A stretch of DNA of 62,649 bases. Source: Desulfobacterales bacterium. Lineage in GTDB: Bacteria > Desulfobacterota > Desulfobacteria > Desulfobacterales > UBA5616. The notes under the pieces were generated by a model. The model was not told the origin of the DNA, did no database searches, and was given only the letters and a program-made list of their open reading frames with translations. Position 1 is the stretch's first letter; every line of letters begins with the position of its first letter. This document shows, piece by piece, positions 18,314 through 29,090 of the stretch. The DNA is taken from the NCBI GenBank assembly GCA_046483495.1, contig JAWODC010000048.1:1-62649 (forward strand), read 5' to 3'. The position numbers were made by a program, and so were the translations under genes.

Positions 18314-20893
18314 ATGGCATATTACTCGCACGTAAGTACGGGCTGGGAGGGTCTGGACAATATCATCGATTACCTGCGCAGGGGAGACAACGTGGTTTGG
18401 CAGGTGGATGAGATAGACGCCTACCGCAAGATGGTCTCCTTCTTTGTAAACCACGCCGTGGCCGATAACGAACGGGTAATATACATGCGATTTGCCCGGC
18501 ACGCGCCGTTGCTGGCCCCGCGCCGCAACATTCGGATTTGCGAGCTGGATGTTTCAGCCGGTTTTGAATCGTTTACGGCTCAGGTGCATACCGTCATCAC
18601 CCGTGAAGGCAACGATGTTTTTTATGTGTTCGATTCCCTCTCCGATCTGCTTCATGTATGGGCCGCCGACCTGATGATCGTCAATTTCTTTTTCGTGACC
18701 TGTCCGTATCTGTATGAACTCAATACCATCGCCTATTTCGCGATTTTGAGAAATCGCCATACATTTAAGGCCGTCGCAGGCATACGGGAAACCACCCAGG
18801 TGTTGATCGATGTCTACAGTTACGAGCGCAAATTGTGCATTCATCCCATCAAAATTCAAAACCGCTATTCGCCCACCATGTTTTTCCCTCATATCAAAGA
18901 AAAATCGGAACTTGTGCCGGTAATCAACAGTTCGGAGGCGACCCGATTGTTTTCCTACCTGCAGCGTGAAAAAGCGGCGAATGCCCAGCGCATATTGGAT
19001 TTTTGGGATCGTCTTTTCATGCAGGCGCAGCACCTGTTGGAATCCGAAGCCGCCGAAAGCGAAAAACAGGATAAAGTGGAGCAGCTGAGCCGGCTTCTGT
19101 TAAGCCGCAATAAAAAGCTGCTTGCATTAATCCGACGGTTTGTGGGCTTGGAAGACCTCCTTTCGATCAAAGAAAGGCTGATCGGTACGGGATTTATCGG
19201 GGGCAAGGCAATGGGTATGCTGCTCGCCCGGCAGGTGCTTCTCAAGAACGACTCCGATTGGCACCACCTTCTCGAGCACCATGATTCCTATTATATCGGT
19301 TCGGATGTATTTTATTCCTATATCGTTCAAAACGGCTGGTGGAAATTGTTCATGGCGCATAAAACGCCTGAAGGATATTTCCAAAAAGCCGCCGAGCTGA
19401 AGGAGAAGATTCTTACCGGGACTTTTCCTGAAGCGATTCGAGAGCATTTTCAGCTCATGCTGGAGTATTTCGGACAATCGCCGATTATCGTCCGATCGAG
19501 CAGTTTGTTGGAAGATGCCTTCGGCAGCGCGTTTGCGGGCCGGTATGAAAGTTTTTTCTGCGTTAACCAGACATCACCGGAAAAACGTTACGACATTTTC
19601 GAGGCGTCAGTCAAAAAAATATACGCTGGAATTTTAAATGAAGATGCACTGGCTTATCGGATGCAGCGCGGCCTTGATCGAATGGACGAACAGATGGCGA
19701 TTATCGTTCAGCGGGTCTCCGGCGCCGCTCATAACAGCTGTTTTTTCCCTGAATTGGCCGGTGTGGGGCTTTCCCACAATCCATATGTCTGGAGGAAGCA
19801 AATGAAAGCCGAGGCCGGTATGATGCGCCTTGTTTTCGGCCTTGGGACCCGAGCCGTAAACCGGGTGGAATATGATTATCCGCGCATTGTGGCCCTGGAT
19901 GATCCACTGGCAAAGCCCTTGGCCGGCATTCAGGACCTTAAAAAATATTCCCAGCATTACGTCGATTATCTGGACCTGGAAACCAATGAACTGGAAACGA
20001 TATCGCTGTGGGATTTGGCCGAAAAAATTCCCGACTTCGATCCGGCTGCTTATGCCATCAGAGAAAGCCAGACCGGTTACAATGATTATGGAGCCGTGTC
20101 CCATGAGAAGCAGTGGATCTTGACATTTGATGATTACCTGTCGAACACTCCGTTTGTCGCGACGATGGGAAAAATGCTGAAGACGATCGAAAACGCCTAT
20201 GGAGGGCCGATTGAAATTGAATTCACGGCCAACCCCACCCCGGTGGGTGATTTCCAGGTCAATTTGCTTCAGTGCAGGCCTTTTCAAAGCATCCGCAGCA
20301 CCCCACACATTCCTGTACCGGAAGAAATCGATCCGGAAAAGCTGTTTATCCGCACCGCGGGCTATTTCATGGGCGGCAATGTGTCACTGCCGATAACCTG
20401 TATCATTTGGGTGGACCCTCGCGGTTATGCTTCGGCATCGCTCTCGGAAAAATACAGCGTGGCACGCCTCATCGGAAAGCTGAACCGCTCGATGGCGGAT
20501 GCCGATGATCAGGTAATGCTTTTGGGCCCTGGGCGATGGGGGACTCAAACGCCGGCCATGGGCATTCCGGTGACGTTTTCAGAAATCAACCATGTCACGG
20601 CTCTCGTGGAAATCAGTTACCCGGCGGGAAGCATGGTGCCGGACCTCTCCTTCGGCACCCATTTCTTTCATGACCTTACCGAATCAGGCATTTTCTATGC
20701 AGCCGTCTATCCGGAACTTGAAAAAGTCGTGTTCCAAACACAGTGGCTTTCCCGGTTGCCCAACATGCTTGCAAAACTCCGTCCTTCGGATGAACATCTA
20801 TCCCATGTGGTAAAGGTTTATCATATGAATGCCGGCAAATTGTTGATCCAATCAGATATCGTGACCCAGAAGTTTATCTGTTACCGGACTTAG
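18314..20893 (+). CDS. PEP-synthase/PPDK ATP-grasp domain protein with a degenerate KaiC/RecA-like N-terminus
   Basis: IGGKAMGM, IIVRSSSLLEDAFGSAFAGRYES, GLGTRAV, LLQCRP; N-terminal VSTGWEGLD. Confidence 0.85.
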   Translation: MAYYSHVSTGWEGLDNIIDYLRRGDNVVWQVDEIDAYRKMVSFFVNHAVADNERVIYMRFARHAPLLAPRRNIRICELDVSAGFESFTAQVHTVITREGNDVFYVFDSLSDLLHVWAADLMIVNFFFVTCPYLYELNTIAYFAILRNRHTFKAVAGIRETTQVLIDVYSYERKLCIHPIKIQNRYSPTMFFPHIKEKSELVPVINSSEATRLFSYLQREKAANAQRILDFWDRLFMQAQHLLESEAAESEKQDKVEQLSRLLLSRNKKLLALIRRFVGLEDLLSIKERLIGTGFIGGKAMGMLLARQVLLKNDSDWHHLLEHHDSYYIGSDVFYSYIVQNGWWKLFMAHKTPEGYFQKAAELKEKILTGTFPEAIREHFQLMLEYFGQSPIIVRSSSLLEDAFGSAFAGRYESFFCVNQTSPEKRYDIFEASVKKIYAGILNEDALAYRMQRGLDRMDEQMAIIVQRVSGAAHNSCFFPELAGVGLSHNPYVWRKQMKAEAGMMRLVFGLGTRAVNRVEYDYPRIVALDDPLAKPLAGIQDLKKYSQHYVDYLDLETNELETISLWDLAEKIPDFDPAAYAIRESQTGYNDYGAVSHEKQWILTFDDYLSNTPFVATMGKMLKTIENAYGGPIEIEFTANPTPVGDFQVNLLQCRPFQSIRSTPHIPVPEEIDPEKLFIRTAGYFMGGNVSLPITCIIWVDPRGYASASLSEKYSVARLIGKLNRSMADADDQVMLLGPGRWGTQTPAMGIPVTFSEINHVTALVEISYPAGSMVPDLSFGTHFFHDLTESGIFYAAVYPELEKVVFQTQWLSRLPNMLAKLRPSDEHLSHVVKVYHMNAGKLLIQSDIVTQKFICYRT

Positions 20894-21053
20894 CTGCACC
20901 GGTTTTATCCTGTCAGCGGGCTTGGGGCCGCCAAATCATTTTGTATTCTCCTGACGATCCGAATGTATCGGCCGCTTGCCGTTTTTTGTTTGCCGCATCT
21001 ATTTTTTTGAAGCGGTCATTGCAAAAAGATGTGAACGTGATAGGGATAAGTTT

Positions 21054-22904
21054 ATGAAATCATTATTCACCCTGAAAAACAAGCTGGTGCTGCTTTTTTT
21101 AGTGCTCGCCCTTGTTCCGCTTGCCGTTATCGGCGGTTTTTCCATCAAGACCACCGAAGCATTGATCGAAAGTCTGGTGGTTCGCCAGCTTGAAAACATC
21201 GCGGCGGATAAGGCCGCTATCCTGGAGCGCTGGCTGGAAGAGCGAAAACAGGACCTGCAGGTAATCGCCGGCACATCGTTGCTGAAATCCATGGAGCCTC
21301 GGTTGATCGCCCCGTATTTCGAATCGATTCAACGACATTACGGTGTTTACAATGATATTACGATGGTATCGGCTGAAAAGGAACTCATTGTCAGTACGAC
21401 GCCTTCCGGCATCATTCCCGTTAGTGCCGAGGACATGAATATGAGTGCGGGCAAGTCCCTGTGCATGTCTCCCATCAGCTACCTGCCGAAACATCAAGAA
21501 TCGACGTTTCGTATTGCCGCACCGGTTTTTGATGGCGGCAGGTTTATCGGAACGGTTTTCGGCACGGTGGGCACCCATAAAATTATTACGATTGTGCTGC
21601 GGGTATCACTGGGCGAAACCGGCGAATGCTACCTGGTTGACAAGGACGGCACCTTTCTCGCCCATAAAGAACCCAGCCGCATTTTAGTGGAAAATATTTC
21701 CCAGTCGGAAAGCTTCAAAAATATATTCGGCAGCCATGACCGGAATAAGGCGTACCTGGACTATCGCAACATCGAGGTGCTCGGCACCTCTCGAAAGATC
21801 GGGGGAACCGATTGGTATATCGTGGTGGAACAAGACCGTGATGAAGCATTCCAGAGCATGGATATTTTAAAGCGCCGCGTCTTTTTTACCATTTTATTTG
21901 CCATCAGCAGTGCGTTGGTGTTGATGTGGGTCCTCTCCTATCACATTGTCCGACCGGTCCGCCATCTCAGCCGGTCGGCAAATACACTGGCCAAGGCGGA
22001 TTTCAACCCGGATACCCTCGATACGAGTCGCCGTGATGAGATCGGCGCATTGTTTCGGGCGTTTGCGGATATGGCCAGAAAGATTCAGGAGCGCCAGGAT
22101 TTGCTTGAAGAAAAAATAAATTTAAAGGCCGCTGAACTCAAGGAGACCGACTATACCTTAAAGCAGTTTCAACTGATTGCGGAGCGTTCTGAAAAGTTTG
22201 CCGCCTTGGGACGGTTGGGGGCCGCCGTAGCTCATGAAATCCGGACACCTTTGACCTCCCTGAAGCTGTTTTTGGAATCCATTCAAACGGAAATTGAGAT
22301 TTCACCCGAATATTCGGAAGATTTCAATGTTGGAATGGAACAGATTACGCGAATCGAGGCGGCTATCAACCGGCTGCTGGATTTTACCAAGCCGAAAGAG
22401 CTCATCATCACCCGTATTCCGGTTAAAAGCCTGATTACCGGTATTGTATCCTTGATTCGGCCGTTGGCCAACAAGCAGGAGTGTGCGGTAAAAACGCATA
22501 TCGCCGATTCTCTGCCGGACATTACAGCGGACAAAAAATTGCTTGAAGAAGCACTGATTAATCTGTTTATCAATTCGCTGGAAGCCATGCCTGAAAAGGG
22601 CCGGATAGACGTCACGGCAAAGCTTGAGAGCCTCGATGCCGAAATAAACGCAACCTCCTACATTCGGATCGATATCAGGGATTCGGGGCCGGGCATTGCC
22701 CCGGAAGACATCGACTTCATATTTGAGCCGTTTTTTACGACAAAATCAGCCGGGACCGGTTTGGGGCTCCCCATGGTCCTGAGCACTGTCAAACGACACG
22801 AGGGTGAAATACTCGTAAAAAACCGGGAAAACGGCGGTTCCGAAATTTCGCTTTTACTCCCGGTGAAATCCGACACGAATCATGGAAAAAATATTACTCA
22901 TTGA
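21054..22904 (+). CDS. Sensor histidine kinase (Cache-HAMP-HisKA-HATPase)
   Basis: Two TM helices, RRDEIG HAMP, VAHEIRTPL, INSLEAM, DSGPGI, FFTTK..GTGLGL. Confidence 0.95.
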   Translation: MKSLFTLKNKLVLLFLVLALVPLAVIGGFSIKTTEALIESLVVRQLENIAADKAAILERWLEERKQDLQVIAGTSLLKSMEPRLIAPYFESIQRHYGVYNDITMVSAEKELIVSTTPSGIIPVSAEDMNMSAGKSLCMSPISYLPKHQESTFRIAAPVFDGGRFIGTVFGTVGTHKIITIVLRVSLGETGECYLVDKDGTFLAHKEPSRILVENISQSESFKNIFGSHDRNKAYLDYRNIEVLGTSRKIGGTDWYIVVEQDRDEAFQSMDILKRRVFFTILFAISSALVLMWVLSYHIVRPVRHLSRSANTLAKADFNPDTLDTSRRDEIGALFRAFADMARKIQERQDLLEEKINLKAAELKETDYTLKQFQLIAERSEKFAALGRLGAAVAHEIRTPLTSLKLFLESIQTEIEISPEYSEDFNVGMEQITRIEAAINRLLDFTKPKELIITRIPVKSLITGIVSLIRPLANKQECAVKTHIADSLPDITADKKLLEEALINLFINSLEAMPEKGRIDVTAKLESLDAEINATSYIRIDIRDSGPGIAPEDIDFIFEPFFTTKSAGTGLGLPMVLSTVKRHEGEILVKNRENGGSEISLLLPVKSDTNHGKNITH

Positions 22905-24327
22905 CGACGACGAAGGCTTGACTCATTTTCTCAACCGCTTTTTTACGCGAAAGGGGTACTCTGTAACCGCCTGTCTCAACGGTGTAGATGCCCTTCGAAC
23001 AATCGCCGGTGAAGCATTTGACCTTGTACTTTTGGATTATAAAATGCCGGGGCTCAATGGACTGGATACGCTGAAAAAAATCAAAGATGACCAGGTCAAG
23101 ACACCGATTATCATCATGACCGCCTATGGCAGCACCGATACGGCCATCGAGGCGATGAAGCGGGGTGCCTACGATTATCTAACCAAGCCCTTTGAACGAA
23201 AAGAGCTCAGCCGTATCGTGAGCGAAGCTTTGGAGTACAATCGTCGCATGAAGGAGGTTGTCTGTTTGCCGGAATCCTCCATCGACACGGTTTCGGCAAA
23301 GGGGACTTTGAAAATGGTCGGCCGGAGCAAGGCGATGCAGGACGTTTACAAGACCATCGGCCAAATCGCTGAAAAGGACGTCGCTGTTTTATTGACCGGC
23401 GAGAGCGGAACGGGAAAGGAGCTGGCGGCAAAAGCCATTTTTCATCACAGCCGACGAAAAGATAAGCCGTTTCTTGCCATCAATTGTGCGGCGATACCGG
23501 AGCATCTCTTCGAGAGCGAGCTGTTCGGATATGAACGGGGGGCGTTCACCGGTGCTCATCAAGCGAAAATCGGAAAGCTCGAGCGATGCGACGGCGGCAC
23601 CTGTTTTTTGGATGAAATCGGAGACATGTCAATGGCGCTGCAGGCGAAATTGCTGCGGGTTTTACAGGAAGGCGAGTTCGAAAGGCTCGGCGGAAGGGAT
23701 ACTATAAAGGTGGATGTCCGCATCATTGCGGCAACGAACAAAGACCTGAAGTCGGCTGTTCGAAACGGCCTTTTTCGGGAAGATCTGTACTGGCGACTGA
23801 ACGTGATTACGATTGATCTTCCTCCCTTGAGAAAACGAACGGAGGATATACCGGAGTTGGTCGAATACTTTATCGCCCGTTTCAGTGCCGATTACAATAA
23901 GCCCATTCGGCATGTAGCAGAAGGTGTTTTACAGCAGTTTTACGCCTATTCCTGGCCGGGCAATATTCGCGAGATGGAAAACATCATTCGCAGGGCCGTT
24001 ATCGTTTGCTCAGGGGACGTCATCATGGAGGAGCATATCGAACTGTTGGACAGCCGGGAAGGGCAGACCGTACAAGCGTTGAATCGCGAAGAGGTGATGG
24101 ATAGTCTGAAGGATAAGATACAGGCGGTTCTGCCCGAAATAATGCGTCTTTCCGACCACGGGCTCCATGCCAACATTATCGAAACGGTGGAAGAAACCAT
24201 TATATCGCGAGTCCTCGAGGAATGCGGCCATAATCAGGTGAAAGCCGCAAAGATGCTCGGCATCAGCCGTAATACATTGCGTCACCGTTTAAAAAAATAT
24301 TCCGGCCAATCGCCGAATGACGACTGA
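22882..24327 (+). CDS. sigma54-dependent response regulator (NtrC family)
   Basis: REC domain, GESGTGKE, ELFGYERGAFTGA, FLDEIGD, Fis-type HTH. Confidence 0.96.
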   Translation: MEKILLIDDDEGLTHFLNRFFTRKGYSVTACLNGVDALRTIAGEAFDLVLLDYKMPGLNGLDTLKKIKDDQVKTPIIIMTAYGSTDTAIEAMKRGAYDYLTKPFERKELSRIVSEALEYNRRMKEVVCLPESSIDTVSAKGTLKMVGRSKAMQDVYKTIGQIAEKDVAVLLTGESGTGKELAAKAIFHHSRRKDKPFLAINCAAIPEHLFESELFGYERGAFTGAHQAKIGKLERCDGGTCFLDEIGDMSMALQAKLLRVLQEGEFERLGGRDTIKVDVRIIAATNKDLKSAVRNGLFREDLYWRLNVITIDLPPLRKRTEDIPELVEYFIARFSADYNKPIRHVAEGVLQQFYAYSWPGNIREMENIIRRAVIVCSGDVIMEEHIELLDSREGQTVQALNREEVMDSLKDKIQAVLPEIMRLSDHGLHANIIETVEETIISRVLEECGHNQVKAAKMLGISRNTLRHRLKKYSGQSPNDD

Positions 24328-24461
24328 GGCCAATGGACGCTGCGTTCTGTCCGGCGGCAGGCGGACGGGCTGAAGCCGCAAATGCGCTTTACTCTTCAGT
24401 TCGGCTGTGATATTCATTTTATCCACATCCACGTCACTTTAACGCAGAAGGAGGCCTTTAA

Positions 24462-24755
24462 ATGATTTCCCTATTTGTGAAGATTCCCCTCAAGGAAGGA
24501 AAAGCAGCAGAATTTACCGAAGCTTTCAAGGAGATTGCCGTCGGTGTGGCGACGGAGGAGGGCAATTTATTGTATTCCTTGAATTTCACAAAGGATGCAC
24601 CGGATACCGCCATTATCATGGAACGCTATAAGGACCAGGATGCGCTGACGGCCCATTCCAAATCCGACCATTACAAGGCTTTCGGCGCCAAAATCGGCGG
24701 ACTTCTCGCCGGTGCACCGGAAATTACCATGATGGAAGAGGTCTGGGCGGCCTAA
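24462..24755 (+). CDS. Antibiotic biosynthesis monooxygenase (ABM) family protein
   Basis: EEGNLLYSL...MERYKDQDALTAH..SDHYKAF; AAGGAGG RBS. Confidence 0.88.
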   Translation: MISLFVKIPLKEGKAAEFTEAFKEIAVGVATEEGNLLYSLNFTKDAPDTAIIMERYKDQDALTAHSKSDHYKAFGAKIGGLLAGAPEITMMEEVWAA

Positions 24756-25043
24756 AAGAACCCGAATCGTTTGGCATGTTCATGGCGGCCGCCGGAAGAC
24801 GGCCGCTTTTCTTTTCCAGTGCCTTTGCCGTCCTCCGCCTTTCATCCCGGCATGTCCACCCTACCCGAAGCAAACGAAAAAATACATGTAATACCCCATT
24901 CCAATCCCCCGGGACTTGTGACAAAAATCCTTCTTACCCGAAATCGATCGACGATAGGGGCGGGTTGGGGCCGAAACACGAGTGTTTACAATACTCATGT
25001 GCCGGTCGTATGACGCAATGTTTTTCAGAATGAGGTATTACAA

Positions 25044-25361
25044 ATGGTTATAGATACATCGGACCTGAAGATTTCTCATGAGGCCGACGGCCTGCATGTG
25101 TATTTGGAAGGGCGGTTTACCGCATCGGTCGCCAATCGTCTTTTGTATTTCATGCGTGCCTATTTTCGTAAAACCCCTCATATCCATATTCACACGGATG
25201 GGGTGACTTCTTTCGAGACACTGGGATTGGGCATGTTTCAGCAGGGACTGGGTCCCATGAAAAATGATTGCTCGCGTTTCTTGTTCACCGGATTCAATGC
25301 GTCCCGCCTGGCAGATGTCTGGCCTGAAAGCAAACGATTCGCCTTTCCGAACTCGGAATAA
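25044..25361 (+). CDS. Small STAS-like hypothetical protein
   Basis: LHVYLEGRFTAS...IHTDGVTSFETLGLGMF pattern; GAGG RBS. Confidence 0.55.
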   Translation: MVIDTSDLKISHEADGLHVYLEGRFTASVANRLLYFMRAYFRKTPHIHIHTDGVTSFETLGLGMFQQGLGPMKNDCSRFLFTGFNASRLADVWPESKRFAFPNSE

Positions 25362-25669
25362 TACCGACCTTCGGTTGATCGATCGACCTTCCTTTTTTTC
25401 GGGCCCACCTCTGGGAATTCGGCCGTAAACGTTGAATAGCTTTTATGACTTGCCGAACGCCGGACGGCAGTTTCATGCCGGCGAATGACTCGAACCGCTG
25501 CGCCCTTCGATATGAAACCATGAAGTTGAGTTGCCGATCGGCAATGCTTCAGGGTCTGCGCCCGCCGTGCGCCCAAGCCAACCGGGATGGGTGAATTCAT
25601 TTACTGAAGCCTTCTTTGATTTATAAATTTTCTTTACAATCAGTGTGAGGATTTGTATGGTAAAAAAAA

Positions 25670-25686
25670 ATGCGCGTGATGCGCAT
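25670..25686. promoter_or_regulatory. Palindromic candidate operator ATGCGC-N5-GCGCAT
   Basis: Perfect 6-5-6 inverted repeat just after an AT-rich promoter-like stretch upstream of the SnoaL operon. Confidence 0.35.
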
Positions 25687-25777
25687 CGGCAAACCAGACA
25701 ATGCCCTTCTGTCGTCATTACGACGTATTCTGAACACCAACAACCATTTCAACCCAACATGTCAAGAGGATCGTGCA

Positions 25778-26266
25778 ATGGAAACCCCGATGAAAGAAAA
25801 AATCGAAATGCTGATGGATATGGAAGCCATAAAGAGACTGAAATACACGTATTGCTACCTGGCGGATGCCGGAATTGCCGGTGATGCATCAAAAATGGAC
25901 GAACTGGTTTCCTGGTTTACGGAAGATGCCTGGGTCGATTTTTCGGAATTCGGCATTCATCAAGGCAAAGAATCCATTTCAGTTTTTTATAAGGAAATCG
26001 TAGCCGGTGCATTGTCCTATTCCGCCCACATGGTTTCAAACCCGATCATCGACATTGACGGTCACAGGGCTCATGGAAAGTGGTACGTGTTCGTGCCGTG
26101 CACGTTGCGGCAGACCGAAACGGCGGCATGGCTGCAGGGAAAATACGAGGAGGATTACCGCAAGATCGAAGGGCGATGGTATTGGCAGAGCATGACGGCA
26201 CGGTTCGATTTCATCAGCCCTTTTGATGAGGGATGGGTAAAGCATCGGATGATCAACAACCCGTGA
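25778..26266 (+). CDS. SnoaL/NTF2-like protein (BaiE/LinA-like dehydratase fold)
   Basis: DMEAIKRLKYTYC, FTEDA, HMVSNPIIDIDG, GKYEEDYRKIEGRW. Confidence 0.88.
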   Translation: METPMKEKIEMLMDMEAIKRLKYTYCYLADAGIAGDASKMDELVSWFTEDAWVDFSEFGIHQGKESISVFYKEIVAGALSYSAHMVSNPIIDIDGHRAHGKWYVFVPCTLRQTETAAWLQGKYEEDYRKIEGRWYWQSMTARFDFISPFDEGWVKHRMINNP

Positions 26267-26277
26267 AGGAGCAATCG

Positions 26278-27504
26278 ATGAGAGATACAGCCGTCATCGG
26301 CGTCGGCATGACGCGGTTTGGTAAATACATGGACAAGACCCTCAACGACCTGGTGCATGAAGCCGTTTGTGCGGCTCTTTCCGACGCGGGCGTTAAGAAA
26401 AAGCACATCGAGGCCGCCTATGTCGGCAATGCCGTCGGCGGTCTCATGACGGGCCAGGAGATGATCCGCGGGCATGTAGCGCTCAGCACCATGGGAATCG
26501 ATTCCATACCCATCTATAATGTCGAGAGCGCTTGTGCCAGCTCGTCTTCCGCCTTTAATTTAGGTTGGACGGCCGTCTCCGCCGGCATCCATGACTGCGT
26601 TCTCGTGGTCGGATGCGAGAAACTCTTTGACAGGGATAAGCACAAGTCCTTCGAGGCGCTCGGAACCGCCATCGACCTGGTAAACGGGATGGACTATTTC
26701 AAAAAGGCCGAGGCGCAATCCACGTCCGGGGACAAAATCATCAGCGACGGCGTTGGAAAGCAACGAAGCATCTTCATGGACATGTATGCCTTCCTGATCA
26801 AGGACTACATGCGAACATACGGCTTTAACCGGCATCATTTTGCCCAAATATGCGTCAAGTCCCACAAAAACGGCGCATTGAATCCCCATGCCCAATATCA
26901 GAAGGGAGTTTCCGTCGAAGACGTGCTGAATTCCGGTGAGGTGGTTTACCCGCTTACCCGAATGATGTGTTCACCCATTGGCGACGGAGCCGCAGCCGCC
27001 GTGATTTGCTCCAAAAAAACGGCATCCCGGTTTACCACAAAACCGATATGGGTTGCCGGGTCGGTCTTGGGAAGCGGAAAGATCACCTTCGATACCGGTG
27101 ATTCGGTTACCCGGCGACTTGTCCCGAAAATCTACGCATCGGCCGGTATCGGTCCGGAGGATATCGACGTGGTGGAAGTCCATGATGCCACCTCGCCTTC
27201 CGAGATCATGTTTCTTATCGAGCTCGGCCTCTGTCCCGAGGACGAGGCTGTTCGATGGATCGAAACGGGTGAGCTGGAGTTGGACGGACGGATGCCTTCC
27301 AACCCATCCGGCGGATTGGCATCGAAAGGCCATCCCATTGGGGCGACAGGCGCTGCAATGATCTTCGAAATCGTCATGCAGCTTCGGGGGGAGGCCGGAA
27401 AGCGGCAGGTGTTGAACGCTCCCAAAGTCGGGATGACCCATAACGGCGGCGGAATTCTCGGTATCGATGCGGCTTCTATGGCGCTTCACATCTTCAAACG
27501 ATGA
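26278..27504 (+). CDS. Thiolase family protein (SCP2-type)
   Basis: VESACASS, EVHDAT, GHPIGATG, THNGGG. Confidence 0.92.
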   Translation: MRDTAVIGVGMTRFGKYMDKTLNDLVHEAVCAALSDAGVKKKHIEAAYVGNAVGGLMTGQEMIRGHVALSTMGIDSIPIYNVESACASSSSAFNLGWTAVSAGIHDCVLVVGCEKLFDRDKHKSFEALGTAIDLVNGMDYFKKAEAQSTSGDKIISDGVGKQRSIFMDMYAFLIKDYMRTYGFNRHHFAQICVKSHKNGALNPHAQYQKGVSVEDVLNSGEVVYPLTRMMCSPIGDGAAAAVICSKKTASRFTTKPIWVAGSVLGSGKITFDTGDSVTRRLVPKIYASAGIGPEDIDVVEVHDATSPSEIMFLIELGLCPEDEAVRWIETGELELDGRMPSNPSGGLASKGHPIGATGAAMIFEIVMQLRGEAGKRQVLNAPKVGMTHNGGGILGIDAASMALHIFKR

Positions 27505-27515
27505 CGAGGTGAAGA

Positions 27516-28898
27516 ATGGCACACGAACCCGAATACTTCAATATGGCGATTGAACCGCTTTTGAATACAGCGGAAATGAGACGCATCCAGGAAAGTAAGC
27601 TCGCATCCACCCTGCGTTTTTTTTATGAAAAGGTGCCGTTTGACAGGGACCGAATGAAAAAGGCAGGTGTCACTCCGGAGAATATCAGAACGTTTGCAGA
27701 CCTGTCACGGGCGGTTCCGATATGCGGTCAAGCGGAATTCCGCAGCGTCTTCGACACATTCGACAATGATATGACACCGGCCTATGAATACCTCTTCGGC
27801 AAAGAGAGAATGGATGACATGTACCTGCTGACGACGACATCGGGAACCACCGGTATTCCGACGCCCTATCCGGTGTTTCATAAAACGACCGAAACAATGG
27901 GAGAGCTGTTCGGACGCATCGGGTGGCGGTGCAACATACGACCCGGTGATCGGTTGGCAATCGGGTTCGGTTTGAGTATGCATGCGGCGGGAACGCCTCA
28001 TCTCTTCTGGTATAAACGGATCAAAGGGCTGACGCTTATTCCGATCGGCGCCGAGGCCGGCACCGACCGTTTGTTGAACTTCATCAAACTTTTCAAAGCA
28101 AACATCCTGAGTTGTACACCGTCGCTTGCGTCTTATCTGGTGGAAAAAAGCAGGGAGGTGCTGGGTAAACCGGTAAAGTCTCTGGGAATCAAGACCCTCA
28201 TGTGCGGTGCGGAACCCGGGGCCGGTATTCCGGAGGTCCGAAACCGCCTGGAAAATGAATTCGGTGCGGATTTGTATGATGCCGGTGCGGGCTACGGAGT
28301 ATCCTGCAGTCATCCGGAATACCAGGGGATGCATTGGATCGCAGATGATTACTGCTATTACGAGCTGGTGGACCCGAAAACGCATGAGCCGGTTCCCATG
28401 CGGCATGGGGCGACGGGACTGGCGGTGTTCACACCCCTGGAACCGGCATCCACTATTTTTATGCATAACCTTCGATTTACGTTGAACGATATTCACCAGG
28501 TATTCACGGAACCCTGTCCCTGCGGATTGAGCGGTTTCAGGTATAAAATCGTCGGACGCGCGGATGACATGCTCAAGGTCAAAGGGGTGCCCGTCTACCC
28601 GGCGGCGCTCCAGGGAGTGATCAACGGCTTCATTCCCCGGGTTACAGGCGCATTCAGAATCGTTTTGGATGAGCCGCCGCCCAGGGTTGTCCCCCCGCTT
28701 AAATTGAAAGTGGAATACGGCGAAGGCATAAACGTCGAAGAGCTGCCCGGATTGGAAAAGGAGATCGTTGAAAAAATGCATACGATCAACAAGGTCAAAC
28801 CGGACATTATCTGGCTCAAGCCCCACACACTGGAGAGGGCCGTGAAGAAGACGCAGCTGCTGGAAAAACGTTATGAATCCGACTTCGGGGGTTCATGA
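27516..28898 (+). CDS. Phenylacetate-CoA ligase-family CoA ligase
   Basis: TTSGTTGIP, TPSLA, CGAEPG, GRADDMLKVKGVPVYP. Confidence 0.9.
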   Translation: MAHEPEYFNMAIEPLLNTAEMRRIQESKLASTLRFFYEKVPFDRDRMKKAGVTPENIRTFADLSRAVPICGQAEFRSVFDTFDNDMTPAYEYLFGKERMDDMYLLTTTSGTTGIPTPYPVFHKTTETMGELFGRIGWRCNIRPGDRLAIGFGLSMHAAGTPHLFWYKRIKGLTLIPIGAEAGTDRLLNFIKLFKANILSCTPSLASYLVEKSREVLGKPVKSLGIKTLMCGAEPGAGIPEVRNRLENEFGADLYDAGAGYGVSCSHPEYQGMHWIADDYCYYELVDPKTHEPVPMRHGATGLAVFTPLEPASTIFMHNLRFTLNDIHQVFTEPCPCGLSGFRYKIVGRADDMLKVKGVPVYPAALQGVINGFIPRVTGAFRIVLDEPPPRVVPPLKLKVEYGEGINVEELPGLEKEIVEKMHTINKVKPDIIWLKPHTLERAVKKTQLLEKRYESDFGGS

Positions 28899-29090
28899 CA
28901 GAGCGATTTGGAATGCCTCTTCAGGGGCTCCGGTATCGGGTCTGATCGGCTTGGACGGCATTTGAAACCGGCGAATGGCCCAAACCCCTCCGCTGTTCGA
29001 CACGAAAGCCGAAACATCGGGTTATGAACATACGCAAAGGTGCCTTACACCATTGACATGCTTTGGATTATGGAAGAAAGGAAAACGGCC

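Noticed and set aside
27705..28826. 373-aa minus-strand ORF
   Set aside because: Antisense shadow of the CoA ligase
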